Source of the DNA: the human T2T-CHM13v2.0 reference genome, Homo sapiens
NCBI RefSeq assembly: GCF_009914755.1
Contig: NC_060947.1
DNA length: 64,000 nt
Direction: 5' to 3' (one strand)
The position numbers were made by a program, and so were the translations under genes. Of the stretch, positions 44,150 to 57,030 are shown one piece after another (position 1 is the stretch's first letter; each line of letters begins with the position of its first letter). The notes under the pieces are model-generated. The model saw only the letters and a list, made by a program, of their open reading frames with translations. It searched no databases and had not been told where the DNA came from.

Positions 44150-44340
44150 ACGTTTCATTTATGTCCATTTTTATGGGTATTTAGTAGGCACACATACTTG
44201 ACATGTTTTGATGCAGCTTGCAATTTGAAATGAGGACATGATGGAGATTGAGGTATTCCTCCTCTCAAGCATTTATCCACTGAGTTGCAAATAATCCAAT
44301 TATACTGTTCATGTTATTTTAAAATGCACAGTTACACTCT
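44150..44340 (-). mobile_element. L1MA 3' terminus (continues at 52268)
   Basis: CTCAAGCATTTATCC...GTTGCAAATAATCCAATTATACT...TTATTTTAAAATGCACAGTTA. Confidence 0.7.
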
Positions 44341-47300
44341 TTTTTTGTTTGTCTTTTTTAGCACTTGTCCACTGTTTATTCATTGGAAGGAAGGCCCGGT
44401 CCTAGGTAGACTCGACCTCCCCCGAGGAACCTTGGAGCCAAAGGCAGGAGGCTTCCAGAATGCTTAGACTCTGATCCTCCTTACTATCACCCTGAGACCT
44501 GTCTCACCAAAGCCTTCTTCTGTCCATGGTTTTCTCACTGGATCTACAAGGGAATCCCCCCACAAGTCTGGGGTCCAGTGTGGTCACTCCTGATGGTTTT
44601 CAAGAAGGGGAAGGCCAGGAACCTAGGGAAATACCTCATTTGGCCCGACCACAACTGGCCAGAGCAGGACAAACATGCCATGCCATGTCAGGCGCCCAGT
44701 TACCCAGCTGGAGGGAAAGTCAGTCCTGAGAGGGTGGAAGGGGCCAGTCACAAATCCCGGATAGATAGTGACCTGGGCTCCACAGGTGAGCTGGGCTCTG
44801 ATGGCTTTCCCTGCCTTTGGAAACAAGGAGGAGAAGTTTTTTGCAGAAAAAGCCTCTTTTCCTTCCAGAACTGCTGTTTTATGACAGCTGTTTCGGCAGT
44901 GAGTCTTGTGTCTGTTATGAGGGTGGGTCCCCCTCTTGGCCCTGCTCTACAGAAAATGATGGAGCAGGGCAAGCTGTCCTCAGTGAATGTACACCAGAAT
45001 GGCCTGGACGTGAGCCACGCCTTCAGAAACCATGCGTGCTCCAAGAGCGCTACAGCATCAAATAAGGCCTATGGAGGGTCCCCATCTGAAGGGCATCGGG
45101 GAGGTCTCTGAGTCGAGGTAGGTGTCTCAGAGAAGAGGGTGACAGCCCAGCCTACTGCCTGGAGTTCTGGCATTGGGTAGGGACTGCAGAGGGCCCGGGA
45201 ACGGGGAGGCTTTCAGGGAAGTCCTAGGGGCTCTGAACACCTCTGCTCCTTCCATGAGGACAAGGAAATGTTGTGCACCCAGACTGCCACCTTAATGTGC
45301 TTCCCACAGCACTCAATTGATGGGGCAAGGATGCACAGGAGACCGCCCCCCCTCCCCAGTCCAGTGACCCTGCTGCCCACAGTGCCTGGCTTCCCCGCTG
45401 TAGGGTTCTGACCCCTCCAGAATGATCCTGCTCGTCTCCTCTGCACAGGAGGCAGAGGCACGTCCCTGCAGGGCACAGAAACCATGCCGACATCCCACAG
45501 CAGGGGCTGGGGCTCAGAGCCGGCATCGTGTGCAGACTGGGCTAGGACTCACCTTGGGAGAGAACTTGGGGAGCCCCTTCTTCCAGGGGCCACATCCCAC
45601 TGAGATGAGTCGACCCCCATGAGGATCTGCAGGATCTTGTCTGACATAGCCTCATTGGGAAGGGGGGTCTGATACTGTGCAGAGTGGGTCCCCGGCACTA
45701 CAGACTGGGATCCCAATAGGCTCTGCTCACTCCACCAGCCATCAGCCTTGACAGGCCAGGTCCTCCCAGGCCTGCTGTCCCCACAGACCCCTTTTGGGCT
45801 CATCCTGAGGCTCTGGGAGGTCTGCCTTCTGCAGGGCGAGCACAAGCTCACAGCCAGGACATAAGCGGCATTCAAAGTTCATAGAAACTTGTCCCCATGT
45901 GCCTGAAGGTAGCAGGAGGACCACACAAGACAGACCTCAACTGTCCTGAGGGCAGCACTTGCACTGTCCACACGACCCTCTGCTCTGGCCTAGAGGGAAG
46001 GCCAAGCCAAGCCAGGCCTGGTCAGCTGTGCAGGGCACCGTGAGTCCTTCTGGAAACTGAGCCCACCCCTGACACGACACAGATGAAAGGCAGGAGCGTG
46101 GTGAGCATTCCCCTGCCTGGGCCTTCCCTGCATCCATGGCCTCCTGTGCACAGCTGGACCCCAGGGTTGTCCAAAAGGGGCCCAGCACTGCCCACTGGGA
46201 AGTGCCCAGAGCAGAAACGAGGTGAAGGCACAGACCTCTCCCAGGAGACCCCACCTGGCCTGATGTGCAGCCCCATTCCTAGAACATCTCCTGAAGCTGT
46301 CTCTCTTTGGCCCATGGGAGCTCCTTCAGGACATGCTGTCTCAGGCCTGGACTCTTGAGGACCACGTGGTGCTCAGGCCTCCATGGTCGAGTTGAGAAGG
46401 ACACACTGCGACCTGCATCCCACGTGGGCTCCAGCCTCCCGAGTCACCCTCTGAGGCATTAAATCATGGGGAGTGCCCAGAACCCTCCATCCCTACTCCC
46501 TGGGCCTTCCTCCTTTTCCTCTTCCTTCTCAAAGAAGTTTCTGAAAACAGGCCAGCTGGGCCCCAGGGCAGGTGCTAGACTCGCCTCAGTGACAGGGCAT
46601 GGGATGAGGGCAAGACCCCTCCAAGCCCCTCCCCCACACCCTTCCCCTCCTGGCCTAGAAGAACCCTAGGGGGCACTGGAGGGGTTGGTCCCATCTGTGC
46701 GAGCCAACACCCACAGCTGCCAGCACCAACGCCAGAGAACAGCAGGGGCGCCTCACTCACAAGCACCCCTCCAAGTGTGTCACGACGGCAAGCCTTGAGC
46801 CAGGGAATGGAGAGAATCAGTGTCTCAGACCCAGAGAGAGGATTCAGGGAAACGGTGCAGTAGGCCCCTTGGTGTGGGAAGTCATGGCATGGCGTGGATT
46901 GTCCGGGATGGCAGAGGGGCCCAGTGCCCAGGAGCGTCTCACGCGCTATGGAGACAGATCCTCATCTTAGGTGGCAAGGGGGCCAGGTGACAGGTAAGGC
47001 CTCTCCCAGCTGGGTTCTGCACCAGGGCTGAAGCCCAGACCGAGCCGCCCTGGGGTGAGGGTATGAGGCCTGGAGCCCCGAGCCAGCCTGAACCCTGGGG
47101 TCCGTCTCAGGAGCAGCCTGAGATGCTCTGACAGCAACCATGCCCCAAGCTGCACGCACCCCTCACTCTGGGTTCAGCAGCCTGTGGGTGTTTCCTCAGT
47201 GTCACACCAGGTGGGCCACTAGAGACCCCCAAAACTCCAGGGGCCCAGGTTCATGAGGCCCAGCCCTGCAAGGAACAAATGGGCTTGGTGGAGAAGTGGA

Positions 47301-50300
47301 CCAAATCTGCTTTTCTTTCAGCCAAACCCGCAAAGATCCCTAGGAAGGTCCTGGGCCTGGAGCGAGTGTCCCTGGCACCCAGGCCTCTGTGGGCATCCCT
47401 CAGCATGCAGACCCTCCCCAAGGGGGATGGGCTGGCCCTCCGTGGCCCACCAGCCCAGCTCCAGAAGTCCAGAAGCTGACCCTGAGGCCAAGGCCCAGCA
47501 GCATGAGGGGACTTCTGCAGAGCCCCGGGCAGCAGGACACTCTCTGGGGGCTCAGCCGCCCAGAGTGCAGCAAGTCTGTTCCTATCTCAGGACAGACCCC
47601 AGGATTTTGGGCGATTTCTGTGTGGGTGTCCTCTCCCAAAACTCCCCATGTACCTGGACATCCAGGGCTCATGGTTTCTACAGTGCAGCTTTGAGCAGGC
47701 ATGCTGAACTCCTATTCCTTCCACATCTGCTCTGGACATCGCCAGGACCAATGGACAGGCCCATCCCTGCAACCCCAGCAGGGCTCCAACAACCAGACCC
47801 GGCCCACCCCACTGAAAACCCAGAGGTAGGACCACAGAAACTCCCCTTGCATGGTGGCATCTGGATCTGACGTTTCTCTGAGGATAGTGACCTGCACAGC
47901 CCCAAAGCAGTCAGTACTACTGCTAGGCCATATGGGATCAATATCAATGGGGAAGCTGGGCCCTCAGAGGCTGCTGGAGGGGAGAGTGACTGTGGCATCT
48001 GCACAGCCCCAGCCAGCCAGCAGCATATCACATGTCCTCATGTCTGCCCATTCGTGTGACAGAGCCTCTCTCACATGGCAAGCGTCCTAGAGCCATGGGG
48101 CTGCGATCCAGCCCAAGCCCTCCCCAACCAAAGCCCTAAGAGAAAAAGGACCCAGGGGAGCCATGGGTGCCCCAGAAACAGCTAAGATGGATACACAGGG
48201 GACTGAGTTCCTGGGACACTGGCCAGAACTAGACTGTGGCCCAAGGCAGGGCAAGCCCCTTAAAGCAGTGTGTGGGTACGCAGGGCCTGTGCATGCCTGG
48301 CAGAGCCAAGCCAGTGACGTTACCAGGCTCAAAGAGCAACCATCCACGACGGCCATGGTGGGGCAGGAGCAGGTGGGCCAGCCCCCTGCCTCATCAACTC
48401 AAGGAATCAGGGATGGCTGGGTTCCCAGGCCCTGAGTGCCCACCACCTGACCATTAGTGAGGCAGAGACATGAGGCCAATCACATGATCCTGGGGCCCTG
48501 CTTCCATCTTACAAGAACTCCTTCAGCTCACAGCACCAAGAAAAATCCTGGGCAAGTGAGGGTCCAGGAGGCCAGGTTCCTACGTCTATTCTCCTTGTCA
48601 GGTGCATTTTGCCACTGGGAAAAGTCAGAAAAGGTGGCCTCAGTCCATGTAAGCAGGCTCCAAAGTAGGCACCATAGCTGCAGGGGGAGAAGGAGCTCCT
48701 GGCGGCACTGGAATAGGCTCTGGCAGGATCCCAGATTCTGTGATTCTGTCCCCCGCAACCTGTTTTTTGTTTTGTTTTTTTTTTTGTTTTTTTTTTTTTT
48801 TTTTCCCCTTGAGTGCTTGGAATCGTCCCCATTTTACACGGAGTCTGCAGCCATTGACAATCAGTTTATTAGAGGACTTGTCGGCACCCACTTCTGTAGC
48901 CACCCTGTGGAAAGCTGGATGAAAGGCACACTGCTATCTCTGCACAACGGTGACCATCCGGATCTCACCAACAGGCAGAGACAATTTCTTAAATCTGTCT
49001 GAGTAATGGTATCCGCCAGATCACCAACATACACTCTGGTGGAATCCTTCTCTGCTGGTGATTCAAGATGAAGCGTGGTTGAAGCCTGCTTTAGAAGCTT
49101 ATCTGCTACAGGGTCATTGTTTCCACAATATCGATCTTTAATATTTTGACCAGCAAGAGGGGGTCATCGGGATCTGCAGGCTTCTCATGTCTTTACGGAC
49201 AGTCCTCTCCTTTCACCTGGACAGAACAAATGTAAGGCTTATTCCTCAGCCAGTACAGTGTGGTCCGGGCCAGTTTGAGCAGCATCTCACTACTGGACGT
49301 GGCTTTCCCCAGCAGAGCAACTGGCCATGTTCTATCAGGGTTAGAAATTCCTCTGTCCATATCTGCAGTCACCTTTAAAGGCAAGTCTGTGTCATGAACC
49401 TGTATGGGCAGTCATACTCTAGGTCTAAGAGGCAAGTCTGACAGACATTTCCTGCAGGCTTGGCCCCCTTCAGTCTTCTTGGGATGCATGTGCTCCCCCG
49501 GGCACCAGCCAAACACTGAATGGCCTGACAGAGTTTGCATTTTTTCTCATAGTTCTCCTTGGTCATGTTTCTCTGAGACATATCTGGCACAGAATGGAGA
49601 AATCGACGTCCTCCCAGTTTTGCCTGTTTTAGGCGCTGGAACCCAGAGAGGTCGCCATCTTGAGAGGGTCGGCAGGCAGCAGTAGATTTCCAGGTGGGAG
49701 AGAGGACCCCCAGAATCCCACCAGACCCAGCTCTCCTTCCTGGTGCTGTTCTTGAGGCCCTGGATAATTGCCTTTCACCATACGTGAGTCATCTTTCTTG
49801 AGTCAAGGTGAACCTCACTTCCAAGGAATCCCCATTCTTGTAGGACACTCTGTGCTTCCTGGTCTCTCCAGGAGCTGGCTAAAATTCTATGCTTTTTCAT
49901 TGGAATACTGAGATAGACAGAAGTGCAGTTTTTTTACAAGTGTCTTTATCCAGCCATGGCATTAATTTCCCGTTTGGTAGGAGGACAATAGTCTTATTTT
50001 CATCAGTATGTGTAGTGCATGTTAGTGCACAGCATGAACCTTAGAGGAAGACTTCTACCTTGAGATGTGAAATGCATCAATACTTGTGTGGAGTTAATAA
50101 ACCTGCTCTACCTCCACAAGTGTCAGCTTCCTCACCCATACAATGGGGATCACACAACGACTTCTTCAAGTTGTTGCCAGAGTTACATTCACCAAGATAT
50201 TTAAAAGTACCTAACTACAAGGGTCCACAGCATTAATAAAACTGCATCAGACTTCAATGCACACAAAAGGAATAAAGTACATGCGTCCAAAGACGAGATG

Positions 50301-52267
50301 AGCAGCTTTCTAAGCAGCCTGATGAGCATCAGAATGAGATCTACATTTAAGTAGAATTCTTCACAGCTCCACTGAAGAGGACACACATGGGGGCTCCAAG
50401 AAGATAAGCACATGGCCATTGCACAGTAACTGGTGTAGTGTGGATGGAATCCCTGAAGACCCTCTGAAATATCATTACACAACTGGCTCTCAGGGAACAC
50501 TGGAACAAATCAGGAAACTCAGCAGATGCTACCAGGAACTGGGTGAGCAGAGGGGGGTCACATCCACAAATTTAAGCAGAAGACACCAAACCGCAAGGAG
50601 CTCCTGGCTCTGCAACAGCAGCTGTGGTGGCATCGGGGCCAATCTTCTGAGACAGCTGCTGTGGGATTGCTGAGACCATGTGTTTTTGCAGCCACACACC
50701 CAAAAGCAGTGCATTTGAAAACGGATCACAACACTCTCCTCTCCATTCATCTTTGTTTTAAGATGACTGATGATGGATACCCTCACATTGCAACATCCCC
50801 ACCAACACTTGTGGACAATCGTATTTAGAAAATCCCACCTAAAGAGGGAACAGTCAGGAGTAGGATGAGAATATTGAGGGATGGGGGAGAGATGCGGGTA
50901 CTTCACCCCAGACTCTGTTTGAAACAAGAGCCATTGTGCTGTGGTCTCCCTATACTTCCTCATTTTGCCGCATTCGTAGATGCCACCTGGTTTTTGTCCC
51001 TTTACTTACAAAGGTGCTGATGAGCCCATGGGTGGTTAATCCTGAAGGAGGAAATTCTTCACAAAATACAATAACAGAGTCTAATTTCAATGACCAGGTT
51101 TTTTAGTTTTTTTTTTTTTTTCATAGTATCCCACATTAAAAATCACAAATGAAACCTGTTGGAATGTGTGATATGAACAAAGTCTTATTTTCATGCAGAT
51201 TAACAACTTGGCTTTTACGGATTACACATAAAAGCATAAAAGCTGGTACCATCCCAGAATCAAAGGAACAGTCCCAGAGGACATACGGAATTTAGTGACA
51301 TCAATTATTAAGAGGCTACACGAAACTGGAAGTGCTCCCAGAAGTTTTCATTGTCTAGACAGAAAAATTCAAGACATCAGCCCCAGCGAGTAAAGGTACG
51401 TCCCCTGGCTGCCGTGGGTGATGAGCTTTTCATTCAAAGCAGAGATATGAAGCCTGAGGTGTCTCAAAGTCACCCCAAGTGCTCCACACCTTGAAAGTCA
51501 CTCCCACAAAGCTGGAACACCATCTGTTCCTGAAGGATCAGGTCATGACCTGTATCTTTGAGACACTGGGCAGTCAGGCCTCAGTTGAGATGAAGCCAAT
51601 GATTTCAAGTGTAAAATACCTAAAACCAAATCTTTAGGTATCTATTAGCAGCCCCGTCCACTTAAATGGGTTGGTGAACATGGCCCATCAGACAGACACA
51701 CACCTGAGCACTGGGGTTTTCTCCTCTGTTCTTAGCATCCCCTGGGTAAACCAGTAATTACCCTCCCTCATGCCTCAACGTTCACATCTGTGAAAAAGGT
51801 GATGGGGAGAGTGGCCTTTCCAGGAAAGCGGAGCACATGTCAACACCTGCTAAGCTCTGAATTTGTGCGTGGGCCCAGGCGACGGATTTCTCCAGAAAGC
51901 GGCTGAACTGGGACTCTGGCTGAAGAGAGCGGAGGTCAGCAGCACAATGCACAGCCCCTGGGACCTCAGGCCAGTTCCATAGCAGCTTAGGAAAGCAGTT
52001 GGGTCCCTAGGCTGGAGGAGGCCCGGTGCTCTGGAAAGATCCAGGGTGCGGGTGGAGAGGAAACGGAGCTGAGCAGTGAGAGGTGGGGTGAGCACCACGT
52101 CCATCCGGTTTGGGCAAAGGCAAGGTGTCCTTTGCAGTGTCACACCCTCCTCACTACTGAGCCCAGAACTGCCTCTCATGGCCTTCTCCAGACTCACTTC
52201 CCATGGCCAGGAGGTGGCACATGATCAGTAGCCGGCACATGATCAGTAGCCAGCATCATTCTTCTAT
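44341..52267 (-). mobile_element. Putative ~7.9-kb L1-retroposed RNA insertion containing the RBM22 retrocopy
   Basis: Poly(T) 44341-59; TTTATT (minus-strand AATAAA) 44375-80; flanks ACAGTTACACTCT (44328-40) and ACAGTTAACTTCT (52268-80); interrupts a colinear L1MA 3' end. Confidence 0.65.
48680..49680 (-). pseudogene. RBM22P: RBM22 processed pseudogene (intronless, disrupted, 3'-truncated)
   Basis: ATG at 49658: MATSLGSSA*NRQNWEDVDF; also [63 protein letters not shown]. These match RBM22 with stops and frameshifts and no introns. Pseudogene number not determinable. Confidence 0.93.
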
Positions 52268-53840
52268 ACAGTTAACTTCTTATTGACTACCGTCTCTCGG
52301 CTGTGCTATCAAATAGGACGTCTTATTCAGTCTTTCTAACTATGTTTTTGGTACCCATTACCATCCCCACATCCCCCAAGCTCCCCACTACCCTTCCCAG
52401 CCTCTGGTAACCATCCTTCTACTCTCTGTGTCCATGAGTTGAATTGTTTGGATTTTTAGATCCCACAAATAAGTGAGAACAATTGATGTTTGTCTTTCTG
52501 TGAATGGATTATTTCACTTAACATATTGATCTCCAGTTCCATTCATGGTTTTGCAAATGAGTGGCTCTCAATTTTTTTTATGGCTGAAGAGTACTCCCTT
52601 GTGTGTATGTGCCACATTTTCTTCATTCCTCTGTTGCTGGACGCTTAGGTTGCTTCCAAATCTTAGCTATTGTGAACAGTGCTGCAACACACATGGGAGT
52701 GCAGATATCTCTTCGATATACTGCTTTCATTTCTTTGGGGCATAAACCCAGCAATAGGATTGCTTGATCATATGGAAGCTCTATTTTTAGTTTGTAGAGA
52801 AACCTCCAAACTGTTCTCCGTAGTGGTTGTATATTACATTCCCACTGACAGTGTATGAGGGTTCCCTTTTCTCCACATCTTCGCCAGCATTTGGTATTTC
52901 GTGACTGTTGGTTAAAAGCCATTTGAACTGGAGTGAGATGATATCTCATTGTAGTTTTGATTGGCATTTCTCCAAAGATCAGCGATGCTGAGCACCTTCT
53001 CACATGCCTGTTTTCCATTTGTATGTCTTCCTTTGAGAAATGTCCACTCAAATCTTTTGGTGATTTCTTGATCAGATATTAGATTTTTTCCGATAGAATT
53101 GTTTGAGCTTCCCGTATACTCTGGTTATTAATCCCTCGTGAGACGGGTAGTTTGCAAATATTTTGTCCCATTCTGTGTGCTGTCTCTTCAATGTGTTGAT
53201 TGTATCCTCTGCTGTGCAGAAGCTTTTGAACTTGATGTGATCTCATTTGCCCGTGTTTGCTTTGGATGCCTGTGCTTGTGGGGCATTACTCAAGAAATTT
53301 TCGCCCAGGGAAATCTACAATCTAAATGTCTTGTAGAGTTTCCTCAATATTTTATTGTAGTAGTTTCATAGTTTGAAAGCTTAGATTTCTTTAACCCATT
53401 CTGATTTGATTTTTGTATATGGTGAGAGATAGGGGTCTAGATTCATTCTTCTGCATATGGATATCCAGGTTTCCCAGTACCATTTATTAATGAGACTGTC
53501 TTTCCCCAGTGTATGTTCTTGGCACCTTTGTGGAAAGTGAGTTCACTGTAAGTGTGTGGGTTTGTTTCTGCTTTCTGTATTCTGTTCAATGGGTCTATAC
53601 GTCTGTTTTAATGTCAGTACCGTGCTGTTTGGGTTACTATCTCTCTGTAGTATGATTTGAAGTCAGGTAATGTGAGTCCTCCAGATTTGTTCTTTTTTGT
53701 TTAGAATAGCTTGGCTATTCTGGGTCACTTGTGGTTCCATATGAATTTTGTGATTGCTTTATCCATTTCTGTGAGAAATGTCACTGTCTGTTGTTGTTTG
53801 TTTTTTTTTTTTAGGGATTGCACTGAATCTGCAGATTGCT
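52268..53840 (-). mobile_element. L1MA element, continuation (3' UTR and ORF2 end)
   Basis: ORF 52623-53051 (HFSKEDIQM...MRYHLTPV...[13 protein letters not shown]) is L1 ORF2. Confidence 0.9.
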
Positions 53841-54066
53841 TGCTTGTATATGTTTTAGAATGAGTTTTGCTAGCTAGTGTCCTTCAAATAATTTTTTCTT
53901 TCAATATAAATATAAGTTTTTGGATAACATTTCTTGAAAGGTTCCCTGTTGTACATTTAATATCTAAAGGATCTGTATTGACGTAACGACCCTCTGGGTT
54001 TGCTGATATTAATATTTGTAGTCTCTGTGTCTCCCTCTCTCATCAGTCTGGATAAAGGTTTATTAA

Positions 54067-54487
<421 letters not shown>

Positions 54488-56093
54488 TAACAGTTTTCCT
54501 TCTGACTTTGGGTATAATTTGATTTCATTTTTCTAGTTTCTTAATGTGGAAACCTAGATAATTGATTTGAGACTTTTCTTCCTTTCTGGCATAAGTATTG
54601 AAGGGTATAAATTTCCCTCTATGCTTTAGTTTCATCTTGCAAAGTTTGATAAGTTGAGTTTTCATTTTAAAATTTTTTCCTGCAATTTCTTCTTTGATCT
54701 CTGAGTTACTTAAATGTGACATTTAATTTCCAAGATTTCATGAGTTGCAGACATCTTTCTACAACTAATTTCCATTTCAATTCTTTTTTTGGTCATAGAA
54801 CATGTTTTATAACATTTCATTCCTTTTGAATTTGTTGAGATTTGTTTTTTGGCCCACAATATGGTCTATCTTGGTGAACATTCTATGAGCACTTGAGAAG
54901 AATGTGCATTCTGCTGTTGATCTATGAATATCAATTAGGCCATGCTGTCTGATAGTGTTGTTCAAGCCTTCTGCATTTATATATCCTGATTTTTTGTACA
55001 CTTTTTCTACCAAATGCTGGGAGTAATGGGGAAGTCTTCTACTAAAGGCACATGTGTTTATTTCTTCTTTGTGATGATGTATCAGTTGTCCCTCAAGTAT
55101 TTTGAAGTTGCCTACATATCCGTGGTGTTTCTGTCTTCTGAATCAATGCACCTCTCTATGATTATTATGTAATGTCCCACTTTGTCCCTTGTAGTAATCT
55201 CCACTATAAAGTGTGCTTTGTGAGATACTAATTTCACACTTTGAGTTTATGTGATTCATATTTGCAGGAAATATCTTTTTCCATCTTTTACTTGTATCTT
55301 ATTTATTTGTAGAGTGGGGCTCTTTTTTTCAAGATACAGATTACTGATAAATATACTGTGAAAATCAAGATCCTCTTGCAACTGTGCAACAACAATAAAA
55401 GTACCGAAAAATTAGATGCAGAAGTTAATATACAACTAAAATGTTACGCAGAAATCCACAGAATAATCTGCTCGGCTCTTCAAAAGAACCTCAATCAAAC
55501 TCTTTGACAGCCTTCATAGAAAGATATCTTCACATTAAAGTGGTATATTTATATGAAAAATATAATTTTATCCCCCTATTTTCTACAGTAGGGTTTTGGG
55601 TAAAATTTCATTTCACGAAGGTGTTCTTTTGCTAAAAATCCTTTGAGAAACAACTATATAAAATGATCTCTCAGAGCTCTCTTAGCTTTGAAATGTGGAG
55701 ATTCAAATATCCCTCTGTAGATTGAGGAGGAGATGTAAAAAAAAAAAACAAAACAAAACAAAAAAAAAAACAAAAAAAACCACGGGGGAGGAAATGTTGG
55801 TCTCCTGCACTTTTCTTTTCTTTTTCTTCCTAGACTAACCAGTTTGTGTTGGTCCTCCGCTGAGCTGTTAATCCAGGGAAGAGTTGCCCTTCTGAAGAAT
55901 ATGTGGATTTAATGGAGACCAAGGCAGGTTTGAATCGCTCAGAAACAACAGCCAGAATAACTTTTGAAGGGCTGTAAATGAAGATGATTCAAATCCTCTG
56001 ATTTATGTTACTTTTCACTCAAGTTTCTAAAAGTGCCTTCCCATCAAGAGCTGTTTGGCTAGGGACAGAAACGTTTGTTCAGCCCTATTTTTC

Positions 56094-56285
56094 TCTTCCT
56101 TCCTTCCTTCCTTCCTTCCTTCCTTCCTTCCTTCCTTCCTTCCTTCCTTCCTTCCTGCCTCCCTTCCTGCCTCCCTCCCTCCCTCCTTTACTTCTTTCCA
56201 CCCTCCCTCCCTCGCTCCATTTGTCCTTATTTTCTCCCTTCCTCCCTGGCTCCCTTCATGCCTCACTCCCTTCCTTCTTTCCTAC
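56094..56285. repeat. (TTCC)n/CT-rich simple repeat
   Basis: Direct TTCC tandem run grading into CCCT. Confidence 0.95.
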
Positions 56286-56359
56286 CTTTTATAAAAAGAA
56301 GTGAACTGATATTTGTAAAGTAGAAAGATCAGAAGAGTTCACAATTATTTTCGAGTTTT

Positions 56360-57030
56360 CTTTTAACTTTTATTTTGGGTTCAGGGTGCATGTGCAGGTT
56401 TGTAATATAGGTAAACTCATGTCATGGGGTTTGTTGTACAGATTATTTCATCACCCAGGTAGTAAGGCCAGTGCCCATTAGTTATTTTGTTGATCCTCTC
56501 CCTCCTCCCAGCCTCTACCCTCTGATAAGCCCCAGCGTGTTGGCCCTCTCTGGGTGTCCATGTGTTCTCAGCAATTAGCTCCCATTTATAAGTGACTTCA
56601 TGTGGTATTGGGTTTTCTGCTCCTGCATTAGTTTGCTAAGGATAATGGCCTCCAGCTCCATCCGTGTTCCTGGAAAGGACATGATCTCACTGTTTTTTAC
56701 GGCTGCATAGTACTCCATGGTGTATATGTACCACATTTTAAAAAGTGCAGTCTGTTATTGATGGGCATTTAGGTTGATCCCATGTCTTTGCTATTGTGAG
56801 TAGTGCTACAATGATCATACATGTGCATGCGTCTTTATAATAGAAAGGTTTATGTACCTTTGGGTATAGTCCCAGCAATGGGATTGCAGGGCCAAATGGT
56901 ATTTCTGTTCTTAAGTCCGTGAGGAATTGCCACACTCCTTTCCACAATGGTTGAACTAATTTATACTCCAACCAACAGGGTATAAGCGTTGCCTTTTCTG
57001 CACAAACTCACCAGCGTCTGTTATTTTTGT
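56360..57030 (-). mobile_element. L1PA 3' fragment
   Basis: ORF 56738-56971 (LVQPLWK...YYKDACT...TIAKTWDQPKCPS). Confidence 0.88.

Noticed and set aside
47253-47870. 205-aa plus-strand ORF (and 177-aa ORF at 44578)
   Set aside because: No recognisable homology; long ORFs are expected by chance in GC-rich DNA, and the splice and poly(A) signals point to the minus strand.
48457-49002. 181-aa plus-strand ORF
   Set aside because: Antisense to the RBM22 retrocopy and runs through a poly(T) tract.
56005-56323. Low-complexity ORFs (LPSF/RKEG)
   Set aside because: (TTCC)n simple repeat.
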